Source of the DNA: the human T2T-CHM13v2.0 reference genome, Homo sapiens
Length of the DNA stretch: 64,000 bases
Reading direction: 5' to 3' (one strand)
NCBI RefSeq assembly: GCF_009914755.1
Contig: NC_060935.1
The translations under genes were made by a program, and so were the position numbers. Shown here piece after piece: positions 52,551 through 64,000 of the stretch (its first letter is position 1; each line of letters opens with the position of its first letter). Under the pieces are notes generated by a model. The model searched no databases, was not told where the DNA came from, and was given only the letters and a program-made list of their open reading frames with translations.

Positions 52551-52901
52551 GTCTTAGTCAGTTGGAGCAGCTAGAACAAATTCCCATAGGATATGTAACT
52601 TGTAAAGAACAGAACTTTATTTCTGACAGTTCTAGAGGATGGGAAGTCCAAGACCGGAGTGCTGACATGGTTGGGCTCAGGTTTGCAAATGGATGTCTTC
52701 TTGCTGTGCCCACACATGGTAGAGAGAGAGAGAGATCTTTTCTCTCATGTCTCTTCTTACAAGGGCACTAATCACATCAAGATGGCTCCACCTTCATGTC
52801 TTATTTACCTCCCAAAGGCCCCACTTGTCAATACCAACAGAGTGGAGATTAGGATTTCAACAGATGAGTTTAGGGAAAACCCTCACATTCAATCCATAGC
52901 A
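52551..52901 (-). mobile_element. MLT1A-like MaLR LTR
   Basis: TGTCTTAGTC...CAGTTCT.GAGG.TGGGAAGTCCAAGA...ACATTCAATCCATAGCA. Confidence 0.75.
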
Positions 52902-55868
52902 TCTTATTCACTTATTTCTGTACTTGTTTACAGGTTTGTGTCTCTCCATTAGGGTGTAAGCTCCTTAAGGGTGGAAATGTTTTCTAACTTTCTCATTGCT
53001 CTCCCACCAAGTACCTACAACAGGGCCTGTTAACCTTTTACATTCAATAAATAGTGTTGCAATGGAAGAATGACTAGTCATTGAATTGCTGTGAGATTCA
53101 AATGAGATGAGTAATGTAAAGTCATAGCATATTGGCTGTTACATAGCAGATGTTAATAAATATTTGTAGAATGAATAAATGAATAATCCAATCTATAGAA
53201 ATAAATGCTCTACTGGGGCCATAAGCAAAGCCCCATAGTTCTACAGGAGAAAGAATGATTTAAGTACATTTAGGAAGGCTGGAGGAAGGTCTCAGAAGAA
53301 GTGGCCTTGGAATTGACTTTTGTATGATAATTAAGGATTTTGATAGGGAAGCAGGCAGGTGAAGGAGAAAGCATGCACTAAGGCAGAGACTGGCATCATC
53401 TGGGATCTGTGAGTATGTCATGTGCCCAAAGTAACAGACAGGAAATTAGACTGACAAAGAAGGTACAAGACAAATCAGAGGATCCTGAAGACCACACTTG
53501 GGATTTTTTCTTAATCATCTATTCAGCGATTCATTTAATCATTTGTTCAACAGGTATTTATGGCTTCCACTACTACTGACTACACAGTTCAAGGTACTGG
53601 AGAAAAAGAAACAAAAAGAACTTCAACGTCACTGCTCTCACAGAGCTGTCATCCTGATCACCCTTTTCCTACATACAGGAAACAGCCCCAAAGGGTTAAG
53701 TGTCAGCGTCACTTGCCAATTAGTGCCTGCAGCCCAGGTCTCTTGACATACTGTACTGCATTACACTAAGTTGTAGGAAACTGGTTGTTAATATAGCCAC
53801 ATCTTCACCTCCTCTGCTCACATGTCTCCTTTTCAGTGCATATGAAAAATACAAAGAACATTTTTTTATAATCTGGAATTCAGTGAACTTAAGTAACATA
53901 ATGGGGTTCCTAGGAAACCAACAAGAAACAACAGATAGCTATTCAGGGAAATGAGGGTGGTGGAAAAAAATTGAAGACAAGGAATTCGGTGCCGTTGGTT
54001 TGGAAAAACTTTTTGAAATGTCCATAATACTTTAAGGCAATCTTAGAATTAGGAGTCATTCCTTATTTTGGTAATCAAACCCCTCAAATGATAATAACAT
54101 TTTCCACTCAAATACAATTTAGTCCTATCTTATCCCTCAGCAGGGTACAAAATTACCTTTCTTTTTCAAAGAAGAGTTAGAATGTTTTCCTGATCAGAGG
54201 ATTCAATAGATGAGAATCCCTTAAGTACTTTATGATGACCCTTGAGGTTGGTCAGCAGGAATTGATTTGGAGGAATTACTAAAAGCTATGTCTAAACCCA
54301 GCAGGGATCATAAAGATGCTTGAATACAAATGGCCCTGGATGGCTTTCATCAAAGGATCTCTGAGTACAAACAAAATAAAAGCAAACTCCATGCCTGTAA
54401 ATGAAGAGGAGGCAAGTTGAGAAACTCTTTTGCTACTTATCTTGCTAATATGAAATATCCTGCACTGTTTTGGATGGTAGAAAAGATTTGATAATCACCA
54501 TGTGAAAACATTTTTAAAAACTGATGTTGGAGACAGAGCACTCAATTGAATTACATATGGAACACCGACTGTGTGACCTTAGGCAAGGTAAAGCCTCTAT
54601 GCTTTAGATTCCTGATTGTAAACTGGGAAAAATATCTTCTTTCCTCCATAGGGTTAGTTTGAGGAGTAAATTAGATAATTCACATGAAACTATCTGGCCC
54701 AGGTAGACATTCATTACATTCTTTCCAAAATGAGTACAATCTTTCTAACATATTATTTTTTTTATTTGAAAGATGGCTATATTAATACCTCCACAGAGAT
54801 GGAAATCACCTGTTACAAATTCTAGAGTCAGACTCTGCATGCAAATTCCAACTTCTCCACTTACCAGCTAGAGATCTTGTACCAATTACTTAATTTCTCT
54901 GTACCTCAATATTCTTATCTGAAAATTGAAATAATTCCTACATCAGGGGGCTGTTTTGAAGATTAAACACTTCGTGCTACCTGTAAAGCTATTAGAAAAG
55001 TGCCTGTCACATAGAAAGTCCTTAGCCTTCACACATTTTCACATTTTTTCCTTGGAAAAAATGTTGGTTGGTGCATCAAACTTACAATGGCCTAATGTAC
55101 TATCACCTAGAATATGCACTAAGATTTTGAAATTTTCTGAAAGCTTTAACACCTCCTATCTCATTTCACTCTCCCTATCACTATATGAGCTGGGTATAGG
55201 CACAGATACATTAGATAAAATAGTTTGGGTCTTCTCAAAGAGGAGATTTTTCAGGTTTCCTGGCTGGTCATTTCTATCATCATTAGATAAAAGAATGTGT
55301 AATTTCTTCTCGAGTTTTTTTCCCTGGGGAAAAAGGAAATGGCAAACAGTCCTTCACCACCCCATAATTATCTACGATATCGTTCGTACAAAAGTAGTTC
55401 CTCATCATCCCCAGCAAAGTATTGAGTGCCTACCCATTGCTAGTACTGTTTTAGGCATTGGGCATACATGGGAAACAAACCAAACAGCCGATTTGGCATG
55501 TGAAATGGGAACAGGCATATATAACAGTACTTTACTGGCTGTAAATTACCATCTATATATCTAAAGTACTGTTTTATTTAATATAGTCTTCAAAATGTCA
55601 AATAAAACATCTTAAGAGGACAAGACCTTTCTTTAGAAATAAAGAAATTTAAAGATAAAAACAATCTATGCATATGCTAGCTAATTTATGCAGGAATTTA
55701 GCTTGTTCTTGGACTGAGTCATCTTTTATCCAGCCTCCTATCTCTCGGTAAAATATTTCTACATCCCAATTAATTACTGCTGTTTCTAACTCATGAATTA
55801 AAATTTGTAATTTGGGGGCTATAAGACACTTTACAAATCATTTACCAATGCTTTCAACTTAGAGGTAC

Positions 55869-56270
55869 TGTGTCGCCCATCTCTATGACATTTAGCCTTC
55901 TAGAGCTTCTCCCTAGTGCCCTCCCTCTGGGAGGGGTTTACTTCTTGCTCCCATGATGGCAGGCTTGGTCATGTGATTTGCTTTGACCAACACAATGTAA
56001 GTAGAAGTGATCAATGTCACATTTGACCAGAAGCTTTAAAACATATTGTATGTACTATCATTGCTCTTTTTTTTCTCTGTTATAATAATAGCTTGTCCCA
56101 GAAGGGAACTGATTCTTCAGCCTGGATTTCCAACTGAAGAAGCTACATGCGGCTCAGCTACAGGTGATTAGCAGCTGATATGTAACATGAATGAGAAACA
56201 GACCTTTGTTTCTATAAGTCACTGACATTTCAGGGTTGTTAATGCAGCATAACCTAGCAAACTATTGCTA
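55869..56270 (+). mobile_element. Old MaLR LTR (MLT1I/J-like)
   Basis: GGCTTGGTCATGTGATTTGCTTTG.CCAA and TAAG.CACTGA.ATTT...GCAGCATAACCTAGC motifs. Confidence 0.65.
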
Positions 56271-59200
56271 TTTCAGAAATCAGTGTCCAGAGCCATTTTC
56301 CAATGAGGCTGCTTCTAACTCATGAGAGAGCCAGGACTAGATCCCATGTCTCCTGCCTTAGTCCAGATTTTGTGCACTCTAGCATATGCTTTAAGAAAAG
56401 CAGGTCCTTTTCTTGGTCACACATTTTCTTTTCCTTCCCATATCCCCTAGTGGCAAAATGTGAACACTGCCCTACCTACCCTGTGGCACCCTTCTAATCT
56501 CTATCCAACCCTAATAAAAGGAAAACCACTTTGGTTCCAGAGACAATGGATCATTTGGGAGGGCTGAGGTGCTGTCCTCTGTGAGGTGCACAGGGAGCAG
56601 GTGAGGTCCACACAGAAGACAGAATAAACAGTAGTACTACTGGTCCAGGTAGGAGTAAGGTACTCATTTACTTTGAATCCAAGTGCTACTTCAAAAGGCA
56701 TCAAAATATTTGTGCTCTGAGCTATTAGATAGTTGAAGTACAGGTTAAACTTTTCATAATATTCCAGTCAGTATCATTTCAGGTGATATTTATATTTTAA
56801 AAAGATGGAAGTAGTCCACAAGGTAGTGGAGTGGGGAAAGGGTAATCACATACTAGATGTATTTGATAAACAGTAATTCTTCTTTCAACATAAGATCAAT
56901 AGCATGAGTATAGGTTCCCTCAAGAAACACTCTTGACATTTAAAATAAATCCTCTGAAAAGGAAAACTTTTTATTTTATGTGAAATGATATGTAGACCTT
57001 GATATACAGACACTGAACAACATTCACTCTGCTCTCTCTGCATTTGACGTGAGAAGCCAGGGGAAACTTATCAGTTAAGACGGCTCTTCAATAGCCATCT
57101 TTTCAAGTACTATTTTGAAGCTACAGTAAACATATACTACCTAACCATAGGATCTTTCCTTTTACATAATGGATTCATTTAGAGAAGATGTTAAGGGACT
57201 TAAGTGAGAGAAGACGTTAGAGGTCATCTCGTTAATAGTTGTACAAAATGCAACAATTGTTTATCATCATCAAAAGTGGTCAGCCAGGTGCTGTATCTTT
57301 ATTTTCAGCTGCCAAAGCTCTATTTTAAAGTAAATCCAGCAGCTGTAAAAATTCCCCCTTGACATTTGAATTAGATGCAAAGTTCTGCACAATATCGTGT
57401 GCACTGCTATGTTAACAGGATATGTATGGGTAGAAAGAATACAATTGATATTCAAAGCTCTTGTTTACATGTAGAAAAGAGCACAGTACTCAAGGCAAGG
57501 GCAGCAGAGGGTTGGGGTTGGGTAGAGTTCATGGTCCAGCTCACAACGTCTATCACATTCACATACTGACCATGGTAGACTTGATCTGAATGTGCAATTC
57601 ATTGCCCTTGAGAGGTCCTATCATTCTGACTGACAGGTTTAGAGGAGGCCTCCTCAACAACAGGAACACCTGCACTGAGCAAAATGGAAAACCCTGACAC
57701 TTCGACAGCCTCTTGATATCCAGGTTGTGGGAAAGAAAAGCCTCTTCCATGAAGCAGATGAGCGAGGAAGCAGTGGTGGCACATGTCCCTGGTCTAGGGC
57801 TTTCTCTTCCAGGCCCAGATTCAGCAAGTTGACGGCACTGGGGACCCCTGCCTTTGCCATTTACCTATTTCCAAATAGGACAAGGAAAAGGAGACTTATT
57901 TCATAACTCCTTATGTTGTGGGGAGAGAACTGTGTAATAACATTTAATATATAAAAGCCAAAAACTATTTGGGTCAGGCAAAAAACATCTAATTAGAGTC
58001 ACTCTATTCCCAGTATGTTTCAGATGTTTCCTGATTAGTTATGGAGGACAGAATGTGGGTGGAGGAAGAGGGAAGAAGGACTGTTCAAAACACAAGAATA
58101 CTGCATTTAATCACAGTGTCAGATAATGCTGGGTTAAGAAAGCTAGCTATTTGCTTTACTGATACTTTCTGTGGCTCCATTCATATTTTCTCATTTCTCC
58201 TCAAAAATGACAGTCAATTTCTACAGTTGTTATTCAGCCAATGCATATATTAGATTTCATCAAGATAAATAAAAGAAAAACATCCCCAATAGTCCTGTGT
58301 GGAGAGAGGAAGATACTATCTTTTTAAGAGCAACAACAACAAAAAGCACCATAAACTTTTATAGAAGATAAGAATATAAGGTAACAAGAATCTCTGCTCT
58401 CAAGAGAGCGCTGCATTATCCTCTGCCAACTTCTTAGTTTACTGATGGGATCGAAAGCTGATGATTTATTGTAAACGGTAAAGAATATTGCTTTTGGGAG
58501 CTGTTTTAGCCTGGACTCCATATTCTCTTCAAAAATAAAAAGGAAACTTTAAATTGGATTTCTGACATTGGTTGTTTTCAGCCCAAAATCTATTAAGTAG
58601 ATTAATTTTAAAATGGGGCACCATGGGCACAATATCACTTCCAAGAGGCTATTGCTTTGTGATGCCTTCTAGACAGACCCCTGAATCGCTGCAGGCACAA
58701 TCCTGATAACCCTTGATGCTTTCACTGACCACTCACTCTTCTCTCCTGTAACCAAAGCTTTATTCTCCCCAGAAAACAGTGCTTCCCCTGAGGCCTACCA
58801 AATGAGAGCTCACACTCTGAAAACCCGGCTAGGCTGAGGAAAAGTGAGGGCGGGGTGCCTCTCTTCTGGCTTCATTCAAGCACTTTCAAACCATTGATAT
58901 TTTTAGTCTAATACTTTCATATAACCCCAAATATAAAAGCTATGAAAGGGATGCCACTCAGAGGCAATCAACATTATTGGTTCCTTACATGTTCGTTAAA
59001 AGATATTGTAGGCATATAAAGGTAAACTCATACACAGATACTTCCTCTCAAACTCAGGCCACTCAACTATTATTCCCTGTTTTCACTCTGTATATTGCTT
59101 CCTTTCCTGAAGTCCTGGTCATTTCCCCACATTCACTAAGGACCATGTCAACTGGGTTCCTGTATTTGTCTCCACCCCTTGTTACCATCATTCTGGATAA

Positions 59201-59299
59201 TGTCAGTGTCCTTGGTTTGCAGCCCTTTGAATCTTTGAACTCAAATAACCCTTCTTATGTACCCCAACTTCTGCAACTCCCTCTTAATCTGAAGTCTTA

Positions 59300-61058
59300 G
59301 ATGCAAAATGCATTCTGTGACTCTGCTCTCCATATCGTTGTGTATCTCTCTTGCTAATATCTCTCTCTTCGATCTCACTGAGCCCTCCAGACTTCACCCC
59401 TCTATATTCCCACAAGTTATCAGCCTTCTATTGATCTTAGAGGCCCCCAAATTCATCACTTTGGCTTCTCTTATTAATACTCCCTTGCCACCTGGCTGTT
59501 CAGTGGCATTCACCCTTCAAAACCCCTTCTCTAGAACAATCAAGTCATCAACATCTGGACTCCTCCATCTGGATTTCTGCAGGAGAAAAATTACAAACCC
59601 AATAAACTGTGTTGCCTTTCTTCCACCCATATCTTTATTCTCTTCTTGTTTGTCCCTTGCAATCTCTTTAAAACTGTTTGTCTCTACCATCTTAAAATAT
59701 TTCCTTGATTCTAACCTTCTCTCTAGGTATCAATTATTTAAATCCTTGACCCTTTACACTCAAGCTTCTTGAAACAGTTTGTAATTGTTGCTTACTGCAA
59801 TTTTGATTACTCTTCATCCCATGGCAGCCTGGTTCTTGCTCCACCACTGTGATGTAAAGACTCTTACTAATATTTGTAATAGCCTCTGAATTGCCAAAGC
59901 CAACGCAACTTCTAGCCTCTGTTTTACGTGACGTCTTTCTTGCGTTAACATTGTTGATGACTCCCTCCTTAATGCCCCTCTCCCTTGGCTTCTGTAATAT
60001 TATGCTCTGGTGTTCTCCTTTTATCTCTCTATGTCTTCTCTTGAGTGCCTTCTTTTAATGTCTTCTCGAATTGTCAGCATTTCCCAGCACTCTGTTACTC
60101 AATACTTGGCACCTGAGTAAACTCACTGACTTTTCTGGCTTCAGCAATAATTTATACATGAATGATGTCTGTCTCCATATCCCAGGTCAAGAAATCTTTA
60201 CTGAGATCAGATCGTTTTCCCAAATTCCCTCTGGCCATCTCCTACGGGACGTCTGATAAGCTCCTTAAACTCAACAGGTCCAAAGTATTATTATCAAATT
60301 TTCCATAAAACCTACTCATCGTCGTCCTGTGTTCCCTTTCACAGAAAAATACCTTACTCTCTTCACCGAATTGTGCATATCCTACACCTGAATATCAAAG
60401 TAAAATATTCCCAAATTAATCTCTAAATCCTTCAGGTTATAATTTCTTAATCCTTCAAAGCCATATCTTCTAGTCTATGCTTCAATTCAAGGGTTCGTCA
60501 TGTCTCTTTTGGATTGCTATGACAGCCTCCTAAATAAACAGTCTTTCTCAATTCTTGCAGAGCTGTAGTCGCCTTCCATTGGCCTGCCATATTGGTCTTC
60601 AAAAGCAAAATCGAAACATACAGCATTATACTACCCATGTAACTTCCAAGCCCCACATCTTTCAGAGTTTTGCAACCCTTTGATAAGCACGTAAAACCCT
60701 CATGATCTGGCTCCTGTATTCCTCTCCAACATCATTTCCAGCCAGTGGCTCATGTTTCTCCAGGCTTTCAGAATTACTTTATGCTTTGTCAGCTCTCTTA
60801 AATTTGCATAGGCTATTCTCTTTGCATGGAAAGTTCTCCCAACTCTTTCCCATTTATCTAATTCCACTTCATCATTTAGAACACAAATGAAACCACATCC
60901 TTTGAGAAATATCTTTAGGTCTGATGTAGATGCTCCCTTCTCTGTGTCTCCACAGTATACAGAGACTTTCACAGTATACTTTTTCATCAACTTTCATGCT
61001 TACGCAGCTGCCAGTATAGTGCCTGGTAAATATTGGGCTCTTGATAAAGAATGAATGA
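59300..61058 (+). mobile_element. Long degenerate L2 remnant
   Basis: Pyrimidine-rich L2-type sequence (CTCCCTTGGCTTCTGT.A, AAACTCAACA.GTCCAAA) ending GTGCCTGG...GAATGAATGA; left boundary uncertain. Confidence 0.65.
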
Positions 61059-62259
61059 GCTCCTAGGGCATGTTGTGACACATTCTCAAATTCTTAATGA
61101 AGATCTATTATTAGCTAGAAATTTAATTACTATATTCAAATACCATATTTTCAGGTGGTGAACTCACCTCTTTTTAAAACCATCTTTATTCATATAGGTG
61201 GCTTAAAGTGAAATGTTGGCTTAAGGGTTACTATTATTTCTATTCTTATACATTTCTAAGTGTGTGACAACTCAAGGTTCTATAAAACTACTTCCTTGGC
61301 AGAAAGAGAGAAGTTACTATTTAGTTTTACACCAAGCCTGGTTTTTTTTTTTTTTTTTTTTTTTTTCCTGGAAGTGGTTGAGGTATCACCCTTAACATGA
61401 ATGTTAAAAAGTCCTGGGTATCAGGCAACTTATTTATTTTAGGGCTGTGTGAAAATAATATCTTCTCTATATTTTTGTCCTGTGATATGTTAGAGCTACT
61501 CCTTCAGGGGCTTTTAATATTAAAATTCAAGATATTGCAATGATTTTCATGCATTTGACTCTGCTAACAGAGTTCTTGTCTTTTAAAATTTATTCACTAC
61601 CCATATTTGGCTTAATTTAGGGATGAAAAATACAGATTCTAGTAGCAATAAAATACCCAGACAATGAAAACAAAATAAAAACAGTGGTTTTTATAATAAC
61701 ATTAATTCTGGACCTGGAGAATACTAAAATTTTTGTGAGAAAACAAAAGGTCATCTTAGAAGACAGAAAATACTCATATTTAAAAATAAAGACTTAGAAA
61801 TTTAAAACAATACAGAGTTTCCCTACCATAGATCTCCATGCCTAATCAACTTGAAAGACACAGAGATGTCTGTGCTAATTATACACACTATACATTTAAG
61901 AGAGGGGTTAAATTATTTACCTGGCAAAGGTCCTTCAGTAACTTTAATAACTTGTGCAATGTACAAGTATAGGGCCCTGGTTAGGGCAGATTTAGTGGAG
62001 TATTTTAGACATCCTTTCTATGGAAATGATGGTATTACATTAGATATACATCCTCTTTGAGTTGAGAGAACATATAAATTAGTGAAAAAATTTCTCTAAA
62101 TATCAATAATTGATGCAAGGTGGCTATTACAGCATATCACATACAATAGGGAGTAAATAAGTTTTAATAAAAAGTTGCCATGACTTCTTTGTTATCACTG
62201 AATCTAGAAATGTAACTGCTTTACCTGAAATTTCGAACGAGAAAGTTCTTCTATGAAAT

Positions 62260-62880
62260 ATAGCAAGTGATAAAAAACTATGAGGCAACTGTTAAGATAC
62301 TTCAAAGGTGCCAATAAGAGTGCTACAGCCTAGGAATCAATCGTGGATCTGTCCAGTGCATTGATAAGACAGAAATCAGATTACCAAATCATTTTGCAAG
62401 TACTTTAATATAAGATGTTGACAAACTTGAGGGAGCTTAGAGAAAAGCTGATTGATTAAGAGGCTGGGAAAATGACTTAAGAGGCAAGATTATAAAAACT
62501 AAATATATTGTTCATTGACTAAGGAATTAAGTACTTGATGTACAGTACATATAACATTTTTCAGAGAGTGACTTAGGGGTATATGACACAAATTTCCAAG
62601 AATTCAAAATGCATCGCCATGAAGGGAAAGAATTGTTTATGATGCTCCCTGGGGGCATAACTAGAAGTCAGGGCATGAAATTGAATAAGAGAAGAGAATA
62701 TGTAGGCTCTGTATCTACAAAGTTTTCCCAATAGTAATATCTATTAAATTGTAGAATGGCCTCACAATGGAAGCAGTGGAAAAGCCATCCTGTAAGTTAT
62801 TTCACACAAGAGTGGACAAAGTATTCAAAGATATACCTCTGGAAAGAAATCTACCCCATTGCTGTGACAGAGAGTATAAT
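62260..62880 (+). mobile_element. L3/CR1 remnant
   Basis: CR1 3'-type motifs (ACTAGAAGTCA.GG..TGAAATTG, AATGG.CTC....GAAG.AGTGGAA..GCCATC); highly diverged. Confidence 0.5.
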
Positions 62881-64000
62881 GAATGATTCACTTGAGCTTT
62901 CCACTTCTGCTTTTAGGAGAGTCATGTGTTTTAAATGAGTATCTGTCTTCCACTGTGAATATATGTGTCATAACTTTGACTTTATGTTTATTCTTTCAAT
63001 CATGTTTTGCTTTTATTTTTCTAAAAGTCATTTAGTTTTTTTATCTTTCTATTTGCCTGGAATATATTTTATGAAAATCACATTTGTAGTTAATGTTCTG
63101 GGCTTGCTATAGGTAATGGCTCTAAGAAAAAGCAATAAAAGCAGTTAGTATTTTAATGCATTTTACAATGTATTTTGAAATGTATACATCCAATCCTAAA
63201 CTATCAGCCCTTGAAAGCTGATGAGTGAACAGAAACTTTCATATTTATTGCTATAAATCTCATATTAGAAGTCTTCTCTTTTAACCACTCATAAATATGT
63301 AATTTCTCCATATTTTATTGAAAACCACTTTTTTTGCTTACGGACATTTATTAATACTAAATTTTCTCTTACATGATAATTTGTGAGAAATGGATTAACA
63401 GCAATGTGTATACAGAGAAGAACTATCTGAGATTTTCTGTACATTGAAAAGAGCTACTAATTATTTAGTCTATGTGGTATATATACTTACATCTCATAAA
63501 ATAAAACACTTAGCAAATTTATTATAGATTTCAAACGATTGCCACAAAACAAGAACCTAGGACATTATGTTGTTTATTCCATCTCACGTATAAGATCCAT
63601 TTGAACTTAATAAGTTCTCCCACTGTAAAGCCGTTTCTTATTTCACAATTATTATATCAGCGAAGAACACTTCAGTTGTAACATTGACTACATCCTCAGG
63701 TACTTTGTTAATTATATCAATTTCAAATTGCCCACTTCGGGAATACTCACCACATGATTACACAGCATAAAGCATCCTTACAGTGAATCCTGAGGGAGGA
63801 TTATAGAAGAAAATGGTGAAGGGAGGTTTTGGTTTGTGCAAATTTCCCTTAACTTTCTCTTACATTACATAATCCTGACCCTTCCCTCCTTGTTGTTTAA
63901 GTCCTAATAGGTCCTGTTGCTCCTAATTCTCTTCAAACCTCTGTCTCTTAAAATGTTCCAGAAAATCACCAGGGTAACTCTGAATGGTAAAATGTGTACA

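Noticed and set aside
54956-55564. 202-aa plus-strand ORF, the longest non-L1 ORF
   Set aside because: Non-ATG start, no recognisable domain, overlaps MIR/L2-like AT-rich remnants; most likely a chance frame.

Overview
Human (primate) genomic DNA containing the 3' half of PDGFD (platelet-derived growth factor D) on the minus strand. The window holds the last four coding exons (39527-39589, 35318-35516, 18779-18993, 1217-1342; exons 4-7 by the known 7-exon structure), the proximal 3' UTR (1-1216) and ~24 kb of the large upstream intron. All splice sites are canonical GT-AG and the exons join in frame into the hinge plus PDGF/VEGF cystine-knot domain. The rest is intronic and transposon-rich: a full-length but dead L1PA7-like LINE-1 with a nested LTR3-like (HML-6) solo LTR, a twin-primed 5'-inverted L1PA3-like element, truncated L1s, nine Alus (including young AluYa5 and AluYb-lineage copies that support human origin), MaLR/ERV1 LTRs, Tigger/MER MITEs and old L2/MIR/CR1 remnants. 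Nearly all ORFs in the supplied track are repeat-derived or chance. I see no clear new biological system. The best leads are splicing and transcription hypotheses: a duplicated, RBFOX-motif-containing acceptor at exon 6, and an L1 antisense-promoter/ORF0-like unit aimed at exon 7. Repeat subfamily calls were made by eye from remembered consensus features and need RepeatMasker/Dfam confirmation.
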